DNA from: Mobula hypostoma
Taxonomy: Eukaryota
Assembly (NCBI RefSeq): GCF_963921235.1
Contig: NC_086107.1
Coordinates: 113,214,001 to 113,278,000 of the forward strand
Direction: 5' to 3'
Length of the DNA: 64,000 nt
Positions 12,893-25,218 of this stretch are shown here, in pieces; position 1 is the first letter of the stretch; each line of letters begins with the position of its first letter. The translations under genes and the position numbers were made by a program. Below the pieces are notes generated by a model that had not been told where the DNA came from, made no database searches, and saw nothing but the letters and a program-made list of their open reading frames with translations.

Positions 12893-13391
12893 GCTGCAAT
12901 CAGTGAAGAGGTTTCTACCTACTAAGCGTTATAAACCTGGCTGGCAGAGAGGACAACTTTTGAAGTACCATTAGCAATGTCAATGTGATGCATTCTAATT
13001 TTAGAAGTGAGTGTTCAATGTACTTAAAGGTTGCATTCGAAAGATCCAGTACCTGTGGGCTAGAGAGAATGTGTATAATGCACAAGCTGCACTCAGTGGC
13101 CACTTTATTAGGTACAGGAGTGGAACCCGGAGTGCTCTTCTGCTGCTGTAGCCCGCCCACTTCGAGGTTTGATGCGTTGTGCGTTCAGAGATGCTCTTCT
13201 GCACACCACTGTTGTAACGTCAGAGGCAATGCCTCCCCTCGTCACGATCGTTGCTAACCTGAATCAGGCCACACGTCCCTCGCTCGCTCTCCCAACCCAG
13301 GGGCCGAGTCGTCGCTGCGCTCCAGCCAGTTCCAAGCATTCATCACCCGCTGAGCAGAGGAATCCCTCAGTGTACCAGTCCTAGATGTGTG

Positions 13392-13700
13392 TGCACGTGG
13401 CCAAGTGGTTAAGGCATTGGACTAGTGACCTGAAGGTCGTGAGTTCGAGTCCCAGCCGAGGCAACGTGTGTGTCCTTGAGCAAGGCACTTAATCACACAG
13501 TGCTCTGCGACGACACTGGTGCCAAGCTGTATGGGTCCTAATGCCCTTCCCTTTGACAATGTCAGTGTCATGGAGAGGGGAGACTTGCAGCATGGGCAAC
13601 TGCTGGTCTTCCATACAACCTTGCCCAGGCCTGCGCCCTGGAGAGTGAAGACTTTCCAGGCACAGATCCATGGTCTCGCAAGACTGACGGATGCCTTAAT
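13392..13700 (+). mobile_element. tRNA-headed SINE with CORE-like domain and RTE-like tail
   Basis: A box TGGCCAAGTGG, B box GTTCGAGTC, GTGTCCTTGAGCAAGGCACTTAA core; partial copy at ~8833-9045 (-). Confidence 0.8.
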
Positions 13701-13914
13701 CAGTCCTAAATGGCTGACCCCGTACTCTGGGGCGATGACCCCGTGTGCCTAACTCCTCAACCAGGGGGTCATCCTCTCTGCCTCCAGCCTGTTGGATAAG
13801 TCATTGAGTAGTTCAGCATGCAAGCAGACCCTCCGGCCTACTCATCCAGGCTGACTGATTTGTCTACCTGAGCTTGTCTGGTTTGCCTGCATTTGCCCCA
13901 GTATTCCTCTCAGC

Positions 13915-13994
13915 CAAAGGTTCTCAATCTTTTCAAAGCCATGGAGCCTTATCATTAACCGAGGGGTCTGTGGACCCCAGCTTGGGCACCCCTG
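13915..13994. mobile_element. hAT-type MITE
   Basis: Degenerate CAGGGGTTCCCAACC-type TIRs; 8-bp TSD CTCTCAGC (13907-13914, 13995-14002); related copy at about 25852-25909. Confidence 0.75.
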
Positions 13995-14540
13995 CTCTCA
14001 GCCTTTCCTATCCACGTAACAGCCGAAATGTCTCTTATTGGTTGTAATTATTTAAAGATGCAAAGTACATTTATTATCAAAGTAGAGAACAGCTAGGTGC
14101 CTAAGACTTTATCTACTCAGTACTGTAGTAAGTTTATATATCGCACTGTACTGCTGCCACAAAAAACACCTTTCATGCCATGTGTGAGTGATGATCAACC
14201 TGATTCTGATGTGGCTCTCTATTGTGGACTGAGAGTGGGAAGGGGGCAGGGAGCGGGGAATCATGGTTGGGAAAAGGGGAAGGGAGAGGGGAGGGAGCGG
14301 GAAGCACCAGAGAGACATTCGGTAATGATCAATAAGCCAATTGTTTGGAATCAAATGACCTTGCCTGGTGTCTCAGGGTTGGGTGTGTCTGCACCTCCCC
14401 ACCACCCCCTCCCCCGCCCCTGGCATCCTTCTCTGCCACCTGTCCCTCACTCCTCCCGCAGCGCTCCACCCTCGCCATTCCCAGCACCCTTTGCTTCCGC
14501 CAGATTTACAAACTCGCAGTCCGCTCCACGTTGACAAATA

Positions 14541-14608
14541 CAGCACTGTGCAAAAAGTCTTAGACTCCCTAGCTATAGAAATGTGTGTATGACTTTTGCA
14601 CAGTTCTG
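14541..14608. mobile_element. Tc1/mariner-type mini MITE
   Basis: CAGCACTGTGCAAAAAGTC...GACTTTTGCACAGTTCTG, flanked by TA on both sides. Confidence 0.7.
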
Positions 14609-15034
14609 TATGTGTACAGTACACAACCCCGAGATTCACCCCCCCACAGGCATCCATGAAACAAAGAAACTCCACGGAACCCTTTCAAAGAAAACATCAA
14701 ACACCCAACACACCTGGAAAAGAATACTTTGCGCAACTGGCAACATGACCGAATAACACACGGGGTAGTAAGCATCAAACTGCGTAGTCCTCAAAACAGT
14801 CTAGGAGTGTTCAGTCTAGTCCAGTTCAGTTCAGTTTAGCACTGTATTATTTGTTGACCGCAGGCCGCAGACACATTCCGCGTCGAAACGGTCTCATCAA
14901 GTCATGCAAGAAAGAGTAACCTCCTTTTAGAATAACCTTTATTACCTCCTCTGGCAGCTGGTTCCATATACCCACCACCCTGTGTGAAAAAGTTACCCCT
15001 CAGGTCTCTCACTTGTCCTCTAGTCTTAGACTTA

Positions 15035-15400
15035 CTTATTTACTGTCTGTCTGTCGCTGGTGCTTGGGGCAGCAATGATGGTCCGCCATCTCTGTCTGTC
15101 CTTGACCATCTCCTCCATTATGCCCCAGGTGTGGTTCAGGGTCCTCATTCCTACCTCTGTGCTACGGCCCCAAGTTGTCTTTGGTCTCCTGTGTTTCCTC
15201 CGTCCTTCAGGGGACCAATGAAGTGCTGTTTTGATGATGGAGTCGGCCTCTCTTCTCATCGCGTGCCCAATCCGTCTCCAACGTTTCCTCATGATGATTG
15301 TGGCCATGTCCTCTTGGTGACACAAGGAGTAGGGCGTGGTCGGGGGGATCTTTCTTGGCCGGAAAATACGGAGGATCTTGCCGGAGGCTCGTGGTGTTGA
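15035..15400 (-). mobile_element. RTE-clade LINE 3' fragment
   Basis: RWRRIGHAMRR...ALHWSPEGRRK..RPKTTW...DRQRWR is the RTE ORF C-terminus. Confidence 0.8.
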
Positions 15401-16115
15401 ATGAGGACAGCAGCTTGGCAAGGTCGTTCTCTGTCATGTGCCAGTATTCTGTGTTTTAGACTCCCTTTACCATAAAGGGGGGCGACACCTGTGGGTCTCC
15501 CCCAGCACAGGCTTAGGTTGTGTTGGTTATTAACATAAATGATGCATTTCACTGTATGTTTCGATGTACACGTGATAATTAAATTAAACTGAAAAGGGTT
15601 ATCTATACCCCTCATGATTTTAGGTCACCCCTCAACCTCCTACGCTACAGGAAGAAAAGTGCCAGCCTATTTAGCTCCTCCTTACAACTCAAACCCTCCA
15701 GTCCTGGTAAAATCCTCGTCAATCTTCTCTGCACCATTTCCATCTTCATGACATCCTTCCTATAGGTGGTTGATGAGAACGGAGCACGGTACTGCAAGTA
15801 GTGCGCGCGACATTTCCAACGTCGAGAGCTTCAGTGGGATCTCTTCTCATTTTTCTAAACTCTGGAGATCATAGGTCTAATCTACTCAATCTCTCCTCAT
15901 TCGCCATCCCTGGAACCATTCTAGGGAAGCATCACCACATTCTCCTATGGCAGTTATGTCCTCTTCAGAGACAGATTTAATATCATTGATGTATGCCATG
16001 AAATTTGTTGGTTTGTGGCAGCAGTACAATAAAATACATAAAAATACTATAAATTACAATAAGAAATATATATAAAAATTTCAATTAAAAAAGAGAGCAA
16101 ATATAGTAAGGTAGT

Positions 16116-16361
16116 AACACACATCAAAGTTGCTGGTGAATGCAGCAGGCCAGGCAGCATCTGTAGGAAGAGGTGCAGTCGACGTTTCAGGCCGAGACCC
16201 TTCGTCAGGACTAACTGAAGGAAGAGTTAGTCCTGACGAAGGGTCTCGGCCTGAAACGTCGACTGCACCTCTTCCTACAGATGCTGCCTGGCCTGCTGCA
16301 TTCACCAGCAACTTTGATGTGTGTTGCTTGAATTTCCAGCATCTGCAGAATTCCTGTTGTT
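16116..16361. mobile_element. Penelope-derived fold-back mini-element (perfect palindrome, 101-bp arms)
   Basis: Arms 16116-16216 and 16225-16325, loop GAAGGAAG; TSD TATAGTAAGGT at 16102-16112 and 16362-16372. Confidence 0.9.
16228..16265 (+). ncRNA. Minimal type-I hammerhead ribozyme motif (mirror copy on minus in the left arm)
   Basis: TAGTC CTGACGA AGGGTCTCGGCCT GAAA CGTC GACTG. Confidence 0.8.
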
Positions 16362-18129
16362 TATAGTAAGGTGATGTTCATGAGTTCATTGTCCATCAGA
16401 AATCTATGGCGGAAGGGAAGAAGCTGTTCCTCAGTCTGTGTCTTCAGGCTCCCGTACCTCCTCCCTGATGGTAGAAATGAGAAGGGAGCAGGTCCTGGGT
16501 GATAGGGGTCCTTAATGATGGATGCTGCCTTTTTGAGGCATCACCTTGTGAAGATGTCCTCACTGCTGGGGAGGCTAGTGCCCATGATGGAGCCGGCTAA
16601 GTTTGCAACACTCTGCAGCATTTTCTGACCCTATACAGTGGCCCTTCCATACCAAACAGTGACATACCCGGTTAGAATTTCTATAGACATTTGCTAGTCT
16701 TTGCTGACACATCAAATCTCCTCAAACTCCTAATGAAACATACTCACTGTCGTGCCTTCTTCATAATTACATCAATATGTAGAGTCCAGGATAGATCTTC
16801 AGAGATGTTGACAGCCAGGAATTGAACCTGCTCACCCTTACCTCCACTGACCCCTCAACAGCGCGTCCTCTCTTGAATTTGTATTTATTTATGTAGGAAG
16901 ACCAAACTCCATACACAATGTCTCAGGTATCTCACCGAGGTCATGTGCACTTCCAGTAGGATGTCCTCAAATCTTCTATCAACGGTCAACAGGCAATTCT
17001 CTGTCCTTGCTCCAGCTGCACATTGTCTCTAGTCACTTGTTCAAATTTGAAAGTTGAAAGCAAAAATTATTACCAGAGTACATCCATGTCCCCACATACA
17101 ACCCTGAGACTCTTTTTCCCGCGGGCATACTCAGTAAATCTATAGAACAGTCACTGTAAACAGGATCAGTGAAAGGGCAAGAGCGTAGAGGACAACAGAC
17201 TGTGCAAATGTAAATATAAATAAATAGCAATAAATAATGAGGGCATGAAATAAGAAGATAAGGACTCTTTAAAGTGAGATCATCGGTTGTGGGAACATCT
17301 CAATGGAAGGGCAAGTGAGTGTAGTTACCCCCTTTTGTTCAAGAACCTGATGGTTGAGGGGTAGTAACTGTTCTTGAACCTGGTGGTGCGAGTCCTGAGG
17401 ATCCTGTACCTTCGACCTGATGGCAGCAGCAAGAAGAGAGCATGGCCTGGGTGGTGATGATGATGGATGCTGCTTTTCCTACAACAGCGTTTCATGTAGA
17501 CGTGCTCAGTGGTTGGGAGTGTTTACCCACGATGGACTGGTGTACTGGACTCACAGATCACTTTGACATAAGTTTCCTTCAAACTCTTTCTCTGCCCTCT
17601 TGATCGCTACTGTTGACTTCTGCAGCTGGGTGAAATGGTTCAAGGTTCTGTTACTGGACTGGTTAGCCTAGAGTCACAGGATTAGTTAACATAGAGTTAC
17701 TAGACTGGTTAATCCAGAATTACTGGACTAATGAGAAAATGACTTGAGAACCTTGTCAAAATATCAAAGTTATATTGAAAATAAATGCATCACCAACACC
17801 AGCTTATCTGCCATCAAGGACGTATGTATATACAGAAAGGGCCAGTAACAATATCACCCACCCTGCTCATGGAGTGTTTGTCCCACTCCCATCAGGAACT
17901 CTGCTAGGGTCTTAGCATCCACGCCAAGACCACCAGACTCAAAAATGAGGTACTTTCCCCAAGCAGTAAGGCAGATCAACACTTCCACCCATTAAACCAT
18001 CCCTCCACACCCAAACCACCACTACTTCATCATTTTGTGTCAGTCACCTTATGTACAGACACTCCTGTACCTAGTGTCTCTTTATGGACGTACATTCAGT
18101 CTATACATTCAGTCTTATAGACAGATAAA

Positions 18130-18635
18130 TAGACACTTTATTGATCCTAAAGGAAATTACAGTGTCACAGTAGCATTACAAGTGCACAGATATACAAATA
18201 TTAGAAGAGAGGGAAGAATAAAAAATAGGTACCTCAAACAGTCTAACAGGAGGGGGTCATCACTTTCCCTGCTATCGGTTGCCTAATAGCCGAGGGTAAG
18301 AATAACCTCATATAGCGCTCTTTGGAGCAGCGCGGTTGTCTTAGCCTATTAGTAAAAATGCTCCTCTGTACAGCCAGGGTGGCATGCAGAGGGTGAGAAA
18401 CATTGTCCAGAATTGCCAGGATTTTCTGTAGGGTCCTTTGTTCTACCACAGCCTCCAGTGTGTCCAGTTTGACTCCTATAACAGAGCCAGCCTTTCTAAT
18501 CAGTTTATTGAGCCTGTTGGCATCACCCATGTTGATGCCATTGCCCCAGCACACCACCGCATAGAAGACTGTACTGGTGACAACAGACTGGTAGAATATG
18601 TGAAGGAGAGGCCTGCATACTCCAAATGACCTCTG
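18130..18635 (-). mobile_element. Rex1/Babar-type LINE fragment
   Basis: VCWGNGIN..NRLNKLIRKAGSVIG..LDNVSHPLH. Confidence 0.8.
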
Positions 18636-19881
18636 GTCCTATAAATATAGATGTTTTATATTTATTACATTAAAAATATTGTTGGTTCTTTATCATTTGT
18701 GTTTTCTTTGTGCTACATCAGATCCAGAGTAACAATTATAACAATTATTTCATCCTCCTTCACGATTGTACACTGGAAATGACATTAAGAAGTCCTGAAT
18801 CGTGAATGACAAGCACACTACAAATGCCTGCATTATTCTGAGTTGCAATATGGCTTAGTAACGGAAGGAAATCTACTGTCCCTGCTCCAGGCTGATGTGT
18901 GACTCAACTCCACACTGGCACCATTTAACCCCTTATCTCTCCATTTAGATATGTTGAGCAGCTCGTGAAGTAAAGTCCATTTCTCCTTCTGTTAGCCCAC
19001 ATGAGACACCCATTGTGGTGAGAGAAATGCCCCAGACAACAATCTGTATTGATATCGTATAGGGGTACCTCCAAAAGGACCACAACCAAGTCAGTTTTGG
19101 CCCAAAACATGGGACTGTTTACTCTTCTCCTAGATGCTGGCTGGCCCGCTGAGTTCCTCCAGCACTTTGTGTGTGTTGCTCGGATTTCCAGCATCTGCAG
19201 ATTTTCTTGTGTTTGCCACCACAAACTTGTCGTGGGGTTTGGGGGCTTGTGTGCCTCAAAGACCCAGAGAGCCATGTCGGCTGGATTCAGGGCTTTACGC
19301 TTTGGCTCTTGGTGGGGTCACCCACGCTAAACAGGTCAAAGGGTAGAGGCCAGACTAAGAGTGGTCCACCGGTCCTCCTGGTTCGGGGGTTCAGCTCGAG
19401 GATAACAACTCTGACCAGTCAAACAAAATTGTTACAGAAACAGCAATGAAGAATCCTTCTACATTGGAGTGTGACGGTATTCCTGAGTCTCTGCCTGGGA
19501 CTTGCATGACGAGGGGGAGCTACTGACACGATGAAGGAAGCTATGAATGCGGTCAGAGATGGAGTATCTTCATTGCTGCCCAGAACAACAGCGGCATCAT
19601 GAGCAAAAGAAATATAGGTTGTAAAGCTTTTCAATTCCCACTGCTGTCTTTAAAGAGTTAGTACGTTCTGCCCGTGACCATGTGGGTCACCTCTGGGTGC
19701 CCCGGTTTCCTCCCACATTCCGAAGAGGTACCGGTTAGGGATAGTGAGCTGTGGGCATGCTATGTTGGTGCCAGGTGCAAGGAGATACAAATGACCTGTT
19801 TCACTCTATGTTTCCATGGACATGTGACATTATGCAAGACAATCCCTAACCTCTGGAATTCCCAACCTCACAAAAGTGTGG

Positions 19882-20530
19882 ATAGAAACATAGAAACATA
19901 GAAAATAGGTGCAGGAGTAGGCCATTCGGCCCTTCGAGCCTGCACCGCCATTTATTATGATCATGGCTGATCATCCAACTCAGAACCCCGCCCCAGCCTT
20001 CCCTCCATACCCCCTGACCCCCATAGCCACAAGGGCCATATCTAACTCCCTCTTAAATATAGCCAATGAACTGGCCCCAACTGTTTCCTGTGGCAGAGAA
20101 TTCCACAGATTCACCACTCTCTGTGTGAAGAAGTTTTTCCTAATCTCGGTCCTAAAAGGCTTCCCCTCCATCCTCAAACTGTGGCCCCTCGTTCTGGACT
20201 TCCCCAACATCGGGAACAATCTTCCTGCATCTAGCCTGTCCAATCCCTTTAGGATTTTATACGTTTCAATTAGATCCCCCCTCAATCTTCTAAATTCCAA
20301 CGAGTACAAGCCCAGTTCATCCAGTCTTTCTTCATATGAAAGTCCTGCCATCCCAGGAATCAATCTGGTGAACCTTCTTTGTACTCCCTCTATGGCAAGG
20401 ATGTCTTTCCTCAGATTAGGGGACCAAAACTGCACACAATACTCCAGGTGTGGTCTCACCAAGGCCTTGTACAACTGCAGTAGTACCTCCCTGCTCCTGT
20501 ACTCGAATCCCCTCGCTATAAATGCCAGCC
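19882..20530 (-). mobile_element. CR1 3' fragment, same young subfamily
   Basis: Protein YKALVRPHLEYCVQFWSP... nearly identical to the 51157 copy; CATAGAAA tail. Confidence 0.95.
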
Positions 20531-21866
20531 ATTATTTAATGGATGCTGGGCCATTATTTAAGAGGCTGACTTTTGGAGAAACAAGGGCTACAGAGGAAAG
20601 TTGAGAAAGAATGTCAGATCAGGCCGATTTTCTTGTTGCGTTTCATGTGGGGGGGGTGGGGGGTTGATAATCGTGTTGCAGTTTTTTCTGTGTGGTGGAG
20701 GGGATGGCTTTGCTGTTTCTCCCTGAACTGACTTGCATGCTTTTTTCTTTGTTTCGTGGCTATCTGGAGAAGAATAATCTCAGAGTTGTATACTGCATAC
20801 AAACTTTGATAATAAATGAACTGTTGATCCTCTTTTATAGGCACAAGGGAGGATCCCATTACAACCTGCTGGGCACCGAAGGCCTCAATAGAATGGACTA
20901 ACCTTTCCCTTAGCAGGGGAATCTAGAATGCGTGGGCACAATCTCAGAATAGAGATGTCCCTCTAGAACTGAGATGAGGAGGAATTTCTTCACCCAGAGG
21001 GCGTTGAATCTGTGAAATTCATTAACACAGAGGGCTGTAGGGGGTCAAGTCATTTCACATACTTAAGGCAGAAATCGATAAGCTCTAGATTGGTTAAGGG
21101 CTAAGAGGAGAAGGCGGGAGAATGGGTTGAGTCGAAAGATCCGCCATCTTTGGATGATGGAGTAACACAAATGCTGGAGGAACTCAGCAGGTCAGGCAGC
21201 ATCTACGGAAGCGAATAAAGAGCCAACGTTTAGGCCCAAGACCCTTCAGCAGGACTGAATGTCGGAGCAGACCCGAGGGCCAAATAGCCTATATCTACGG
21301 TCCTAAACATAAAGGATTTGTTAACAAGAATGAGAACTTAAAAAGGGAGACATTATTTAACCTGCAGAAGCAGGGTGTGTGTGTGTGGGGGGTGGGGGGT
21401 GAGGGGGGTTGAGTGGTTGGAACAGATTAATTATTCACTTGTATAACCTTGATCCTCTGGTACAAGTTGCCGATGGGAAATTCATGGGATACAGAGCTTT
21501 TGTTGGTTCACAAGATTTTGCCGATTTGTCGGAGTGAAGTCTCGAGCTTCGCTGATAAAGGTGTTCTCCCACCCCTACTCTGCTTCCCCTTATCTTGAAG
21601 GGTCTGATTTCTCCATGCTGAGCACACACACCGCACGTTAATGTTTAACTCGCTTCACTGTCCCGAGATAAGCTGGTAGGAGCAGTTCGTCTTGCTCTCA
21701 ACGTCTGCTTATTCAGTGATTCCAATGCAACTCTTTGCAAAACCCACACAAGCATAACCACGGACACACGTGTCCATACGTGACAGCAGCTGTGGGCTTC
21801 TCTACGTATCAGCATGTGTGTATGTATGAAGTGTGAATGAGCGTGACACAGTGACTATGCAGGCTC

Positions 21867-21938
<72 letters not shown>

Positions 21939-21941
21939 TGT

Positions 21942-21975
<34 letters not shown>

Positions 21976-22131
21976 CTGTGTGTGTGTGTGTCTGTGTGTG
22001 TGTGTCTGTGTGTGTGTATGTCTGTGTGTGTGTGTGTGTGTGTGTGGGTGTCTGTGTGTGTGTGTGTCTGTGTGTGTGTGTGTGTGTGTGTGAGATTGTG
22101 TGTGTGTGTATGTATGTGGGTGTGTGTGTGT
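21867..22131. repeat. Interrupted (TG)n microsatellite
   Basis: Directly visible. Confidence 0.95.
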
Positions 22132-22252
22132 GGAGATATGAGTGTAAGCATGCAATTAGTATGTGCCCATACATGTACTGCATGTTGCGGTTTCTATATG
22201 TGCTTATGTTTGTTCACACATGTGCAAGGCCCTTTGTGAACATGCATTTCAT

Positions 22253-22972
22253 TGTCTATGTAGAACAGGTGGAAAGCTTTAAGTTCCTCAGGGTCAATAT
22301 CACAAATGACCTGACTTGGTCCAACCAAGCGGAGTCCACTGCCAAGAAGGCCCACCAGTGCCTTTACTCCCTGAGAAAACTAAAGAAATTTGGCCTGTCC
22401 CCTAAAACCTTCACTAATTTTTATAGATGCACCGTAGCAAGCATTCTAGGGTGCATCACAACCTGGTATGGAAGTTGTCCTGTCCAAGACCGGAAGAAGC
22501 TGCAGAAGATCGTGAACACGGTGCAGCACATCACACAAACCAATCTTCCGTCCTTGGACTCACTTTACAACGCACGCTGTCGGAGCAGTGCTGCCAGGAT
22601 AGTCAAACACGACTCACCCAGCCAACACACTTTTCGTCCCTCTTCCCTCCGGGAGAAGGCTCAGGAGCTTGAAGACTCGTACGGCCAGATTTGGGAACAG
22701 CTTCTTTCCAACTGCGATAAGACTGCTGAACGGATCCTGACCCGGATCTGGGCCGTACCCTCCAAACATCTGGACCTGCCTCTTGTTTTTTTTTACACTA
22801 CCTTACTTTCCATCTTTCAATTTTCTATTTATGATTTTTAATATTTACTAATTTTAACTATTTTTAATATTTAATATTTGTAATCCAGGGAGTGTGAAGC
22901 ACAGAATCAAATATCGCTGTGATGATTGTACGTTCTAGTACCAATTGTTTGGCGACAATAAAGTATAAAGTA
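22253..22972 (+). mobile_element. Rex1/Babar-type LINE 3' fragment
   Basis: VEQVESFKFL...LRKLKKFGLSPKT...; AATAAAGTATAAAGTATA tail. Confidence 0.85.
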
Positions 22973-23056
22973 TATTCTTATTTATCTCCTGTTCCTTTGC
23001 CCTCACTCCCTCTCTCTACCCCTCTCTCCACATCTCAGCATCCAAGCCCCCGATAA

Positions 23057-23226
23057 GCAGCGCCACGATAACACAGCGGTTAGCGGGACGCTATTACAGC
23101 TTGGGGCGGAGTTCAGAGTTCAATTCCAACGTCATACGTAAGGAGTCTGTACGTTCTCCCCGTGGAATGCGTGGGTTTCCTCCGGGTGCTCCGGTTTCCT
23201 CCCACAGTCCAAAACATACCGGTTAC
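23057..23226 (+). mobile_element. V-domain SINE (HE1/DANA-like); further copies at ~10300-10690, ~19630-19740 and ~60440-60700 (-)
   Basis: GTTCTCCCCGTG...GTGGGTTTCCTCCGGGTGCTCCGGTTTCCTCCCACAGTCCAAA V-core. Confidence 0.8.
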
Positions 23227-25024
23227 TAGGTTCAAAGGTCAAAGTAAATTTATTATCAAAGTACATATATGTCACCATATAGAGTAAATGTAACTGTAAA
23301 GAAAGCACAGCAGTGCCTCTACATCCCCAGGAGTCTATGGATATTTGGCAGGACTTCAAAAACTTTGGCAAACTTCTAAAGGCGGTGGAAAGTTCATTGT
23401 CTGGCTGCATTGGAACACTAATGCCTTTGAGTGGAAAATCCTACAAAAGGTGGTGGATTCCACCCAGTACATCACGGGTAAAGCCCTCCCAACCACTGAG
23501 CACATCTAAATGAAACACTGTTGTACAAAAACAGCATCCACCATCAGAGATTCCCACACCTAAGCCTTGCTCTCTTCTTGCTGCTGCCATCAGGTAGAAG
23601 GTACAAGAGTCTCAGGACTCGCACCACCAGGTTCATGAACAGTTACCACCCCTCAACCATCAGGCTCTTGAACAAAAGGGGATAACTACACTCTCTTACC
23701 CCGTCATTGAAATGTTCCCACAACCAGTGATCTCACTTTAAGGACTCTTTATCTCACTATCTCGTGTTTTCATTATTTATTGCTATTTATTTATATTTGC
23801 ATTTACACAGTTTGCTGTCTTTTACACTCTGGTTGATCTTTCATTGATCCTGTTACAGTTACTAGTCAGATTTGCTGAGTACGCCCACAGGAAAATGAAT
23901 CTCAGGGTTGTATATGGTGATGTGTATGTACTCTGATAATAAAATTCACTTTGAACTTTTGACCATCAAGCACCCATCCTGCCTACCACTGATGATTATT
24001 TGAGTTAATCCGGTTCATAGATCTGCTCTGGGGAAGGTATTTGGTCATCCTTACCCATTCTGGACCTTGTCTAGTGGCTCACTGACATTGGTTGACCAAT
24101 TGATTGCTCTCACAGATGTCCTGGAAAACCACTCAGGTCAAGGGCAACTGGGAAATGGACAGCCCTAAAATGCAGGCTCTGGCCAGCGTTGACCAGCGTT
24201 CTGTGGATCCACGCGCAGCGCTTACCCTGGCCGTGGGAACTTGCGGGTCTCCCGGGGGAAACAGGAGGTCTGTGTCGGCGGGCTGAGAACGGGAGTCAGC
24301 TTCAGGCCCAGAGGACAGAAGGTGGAGGGTCTGGTACAGCAGCAAAGACAAGGAGTAGGGACCTGCCTCTTGCGAGGTCAACCACACCCCCTCAATTCCA
24401 AATAAACTCAGACTTAACTCATTCCCATTTCATCTTGCTCTCCCACTTCCCAATTCTTGTTGGAATTACTCTGGAATTCACTGAACCCAGGATTGGAGGA
24501 ATGAGTCAGAGTTTTCAAACTGAAATGGCCTTTTGAGGGAGAATACTGTGCTTTCAGGAGAGAGGAGCCAGCGATTGGTCAAACGGAAACCAGTAGAGAT
24601 TCAGTGGACTGAATGGTCTTTTCTCACGCCTTAACAGCTCTACCATGCTAAGAAACCTTCCTGCATTATTTCCCATTCAGAGGGCACACTACACCCTGTC
24701 CTTGAGATGGCGCGTGAGCCATGAACCTACCCAGTGGGTCAGCGACGGAGACAATCCCACTCTTGACCAGCAAGGTATCACAACACTGATGCATCTCTCA
24801 GTCTTTCTCACTGCAATCCCACCTCGGCGTTCACCCCTCTGTCTCGCGAAGCTGAGGCTGTGAGACCGAGGCGGCTCCGGCTGCTGTGCTGTGTGACTCC
24901 GACGCCACACAGGTGACCCTCAGCCTGATTTTATTTCGCGATACAGTGTGTTGGGTGGACCCTTCTGGCCCACCGAGGCACACAGCACCCCAGCAACCCC
25001 ACAAACCCGATTAACCCTAACCCT

Positions 25025-25218
25025 AGCCAGTTCATTGGCTATATTTAAGAGGGAGTTAGATATGGCCCTTGTGGCTACGGGGGTCAGGGGGTATGGAGGG
25101 AAGGCTGGGGCGGGGTTCTGAGTTGGATGATCAGCCATGATCATAATAAATGGCGGTGCAGGCTCGAAGGGCCGAATGGCCTACTCCTGCACCTATTTTC
25201 TATGTTTCTATGTTTCTA
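25025..25218 (+). mobile_element. CR1 3' end (young subfamily)
   Basis: Nearly identical to the 3' end of the 51157 copy, including the tail. Confidence 0.9.

Noticed and set aside
13392..13470. tRNA gene
   Set aside because: A/B boxes run directly into a SINE body and tail; no complete cloverleaf or terminator. The same applies at 690-764 and ~60225.
21802..22841. His/Thr- and Cys/Val-rich ORFs up to 321 aa
   Set aside because: (TG)n microsatellite fused to a Rex1-type fragment.
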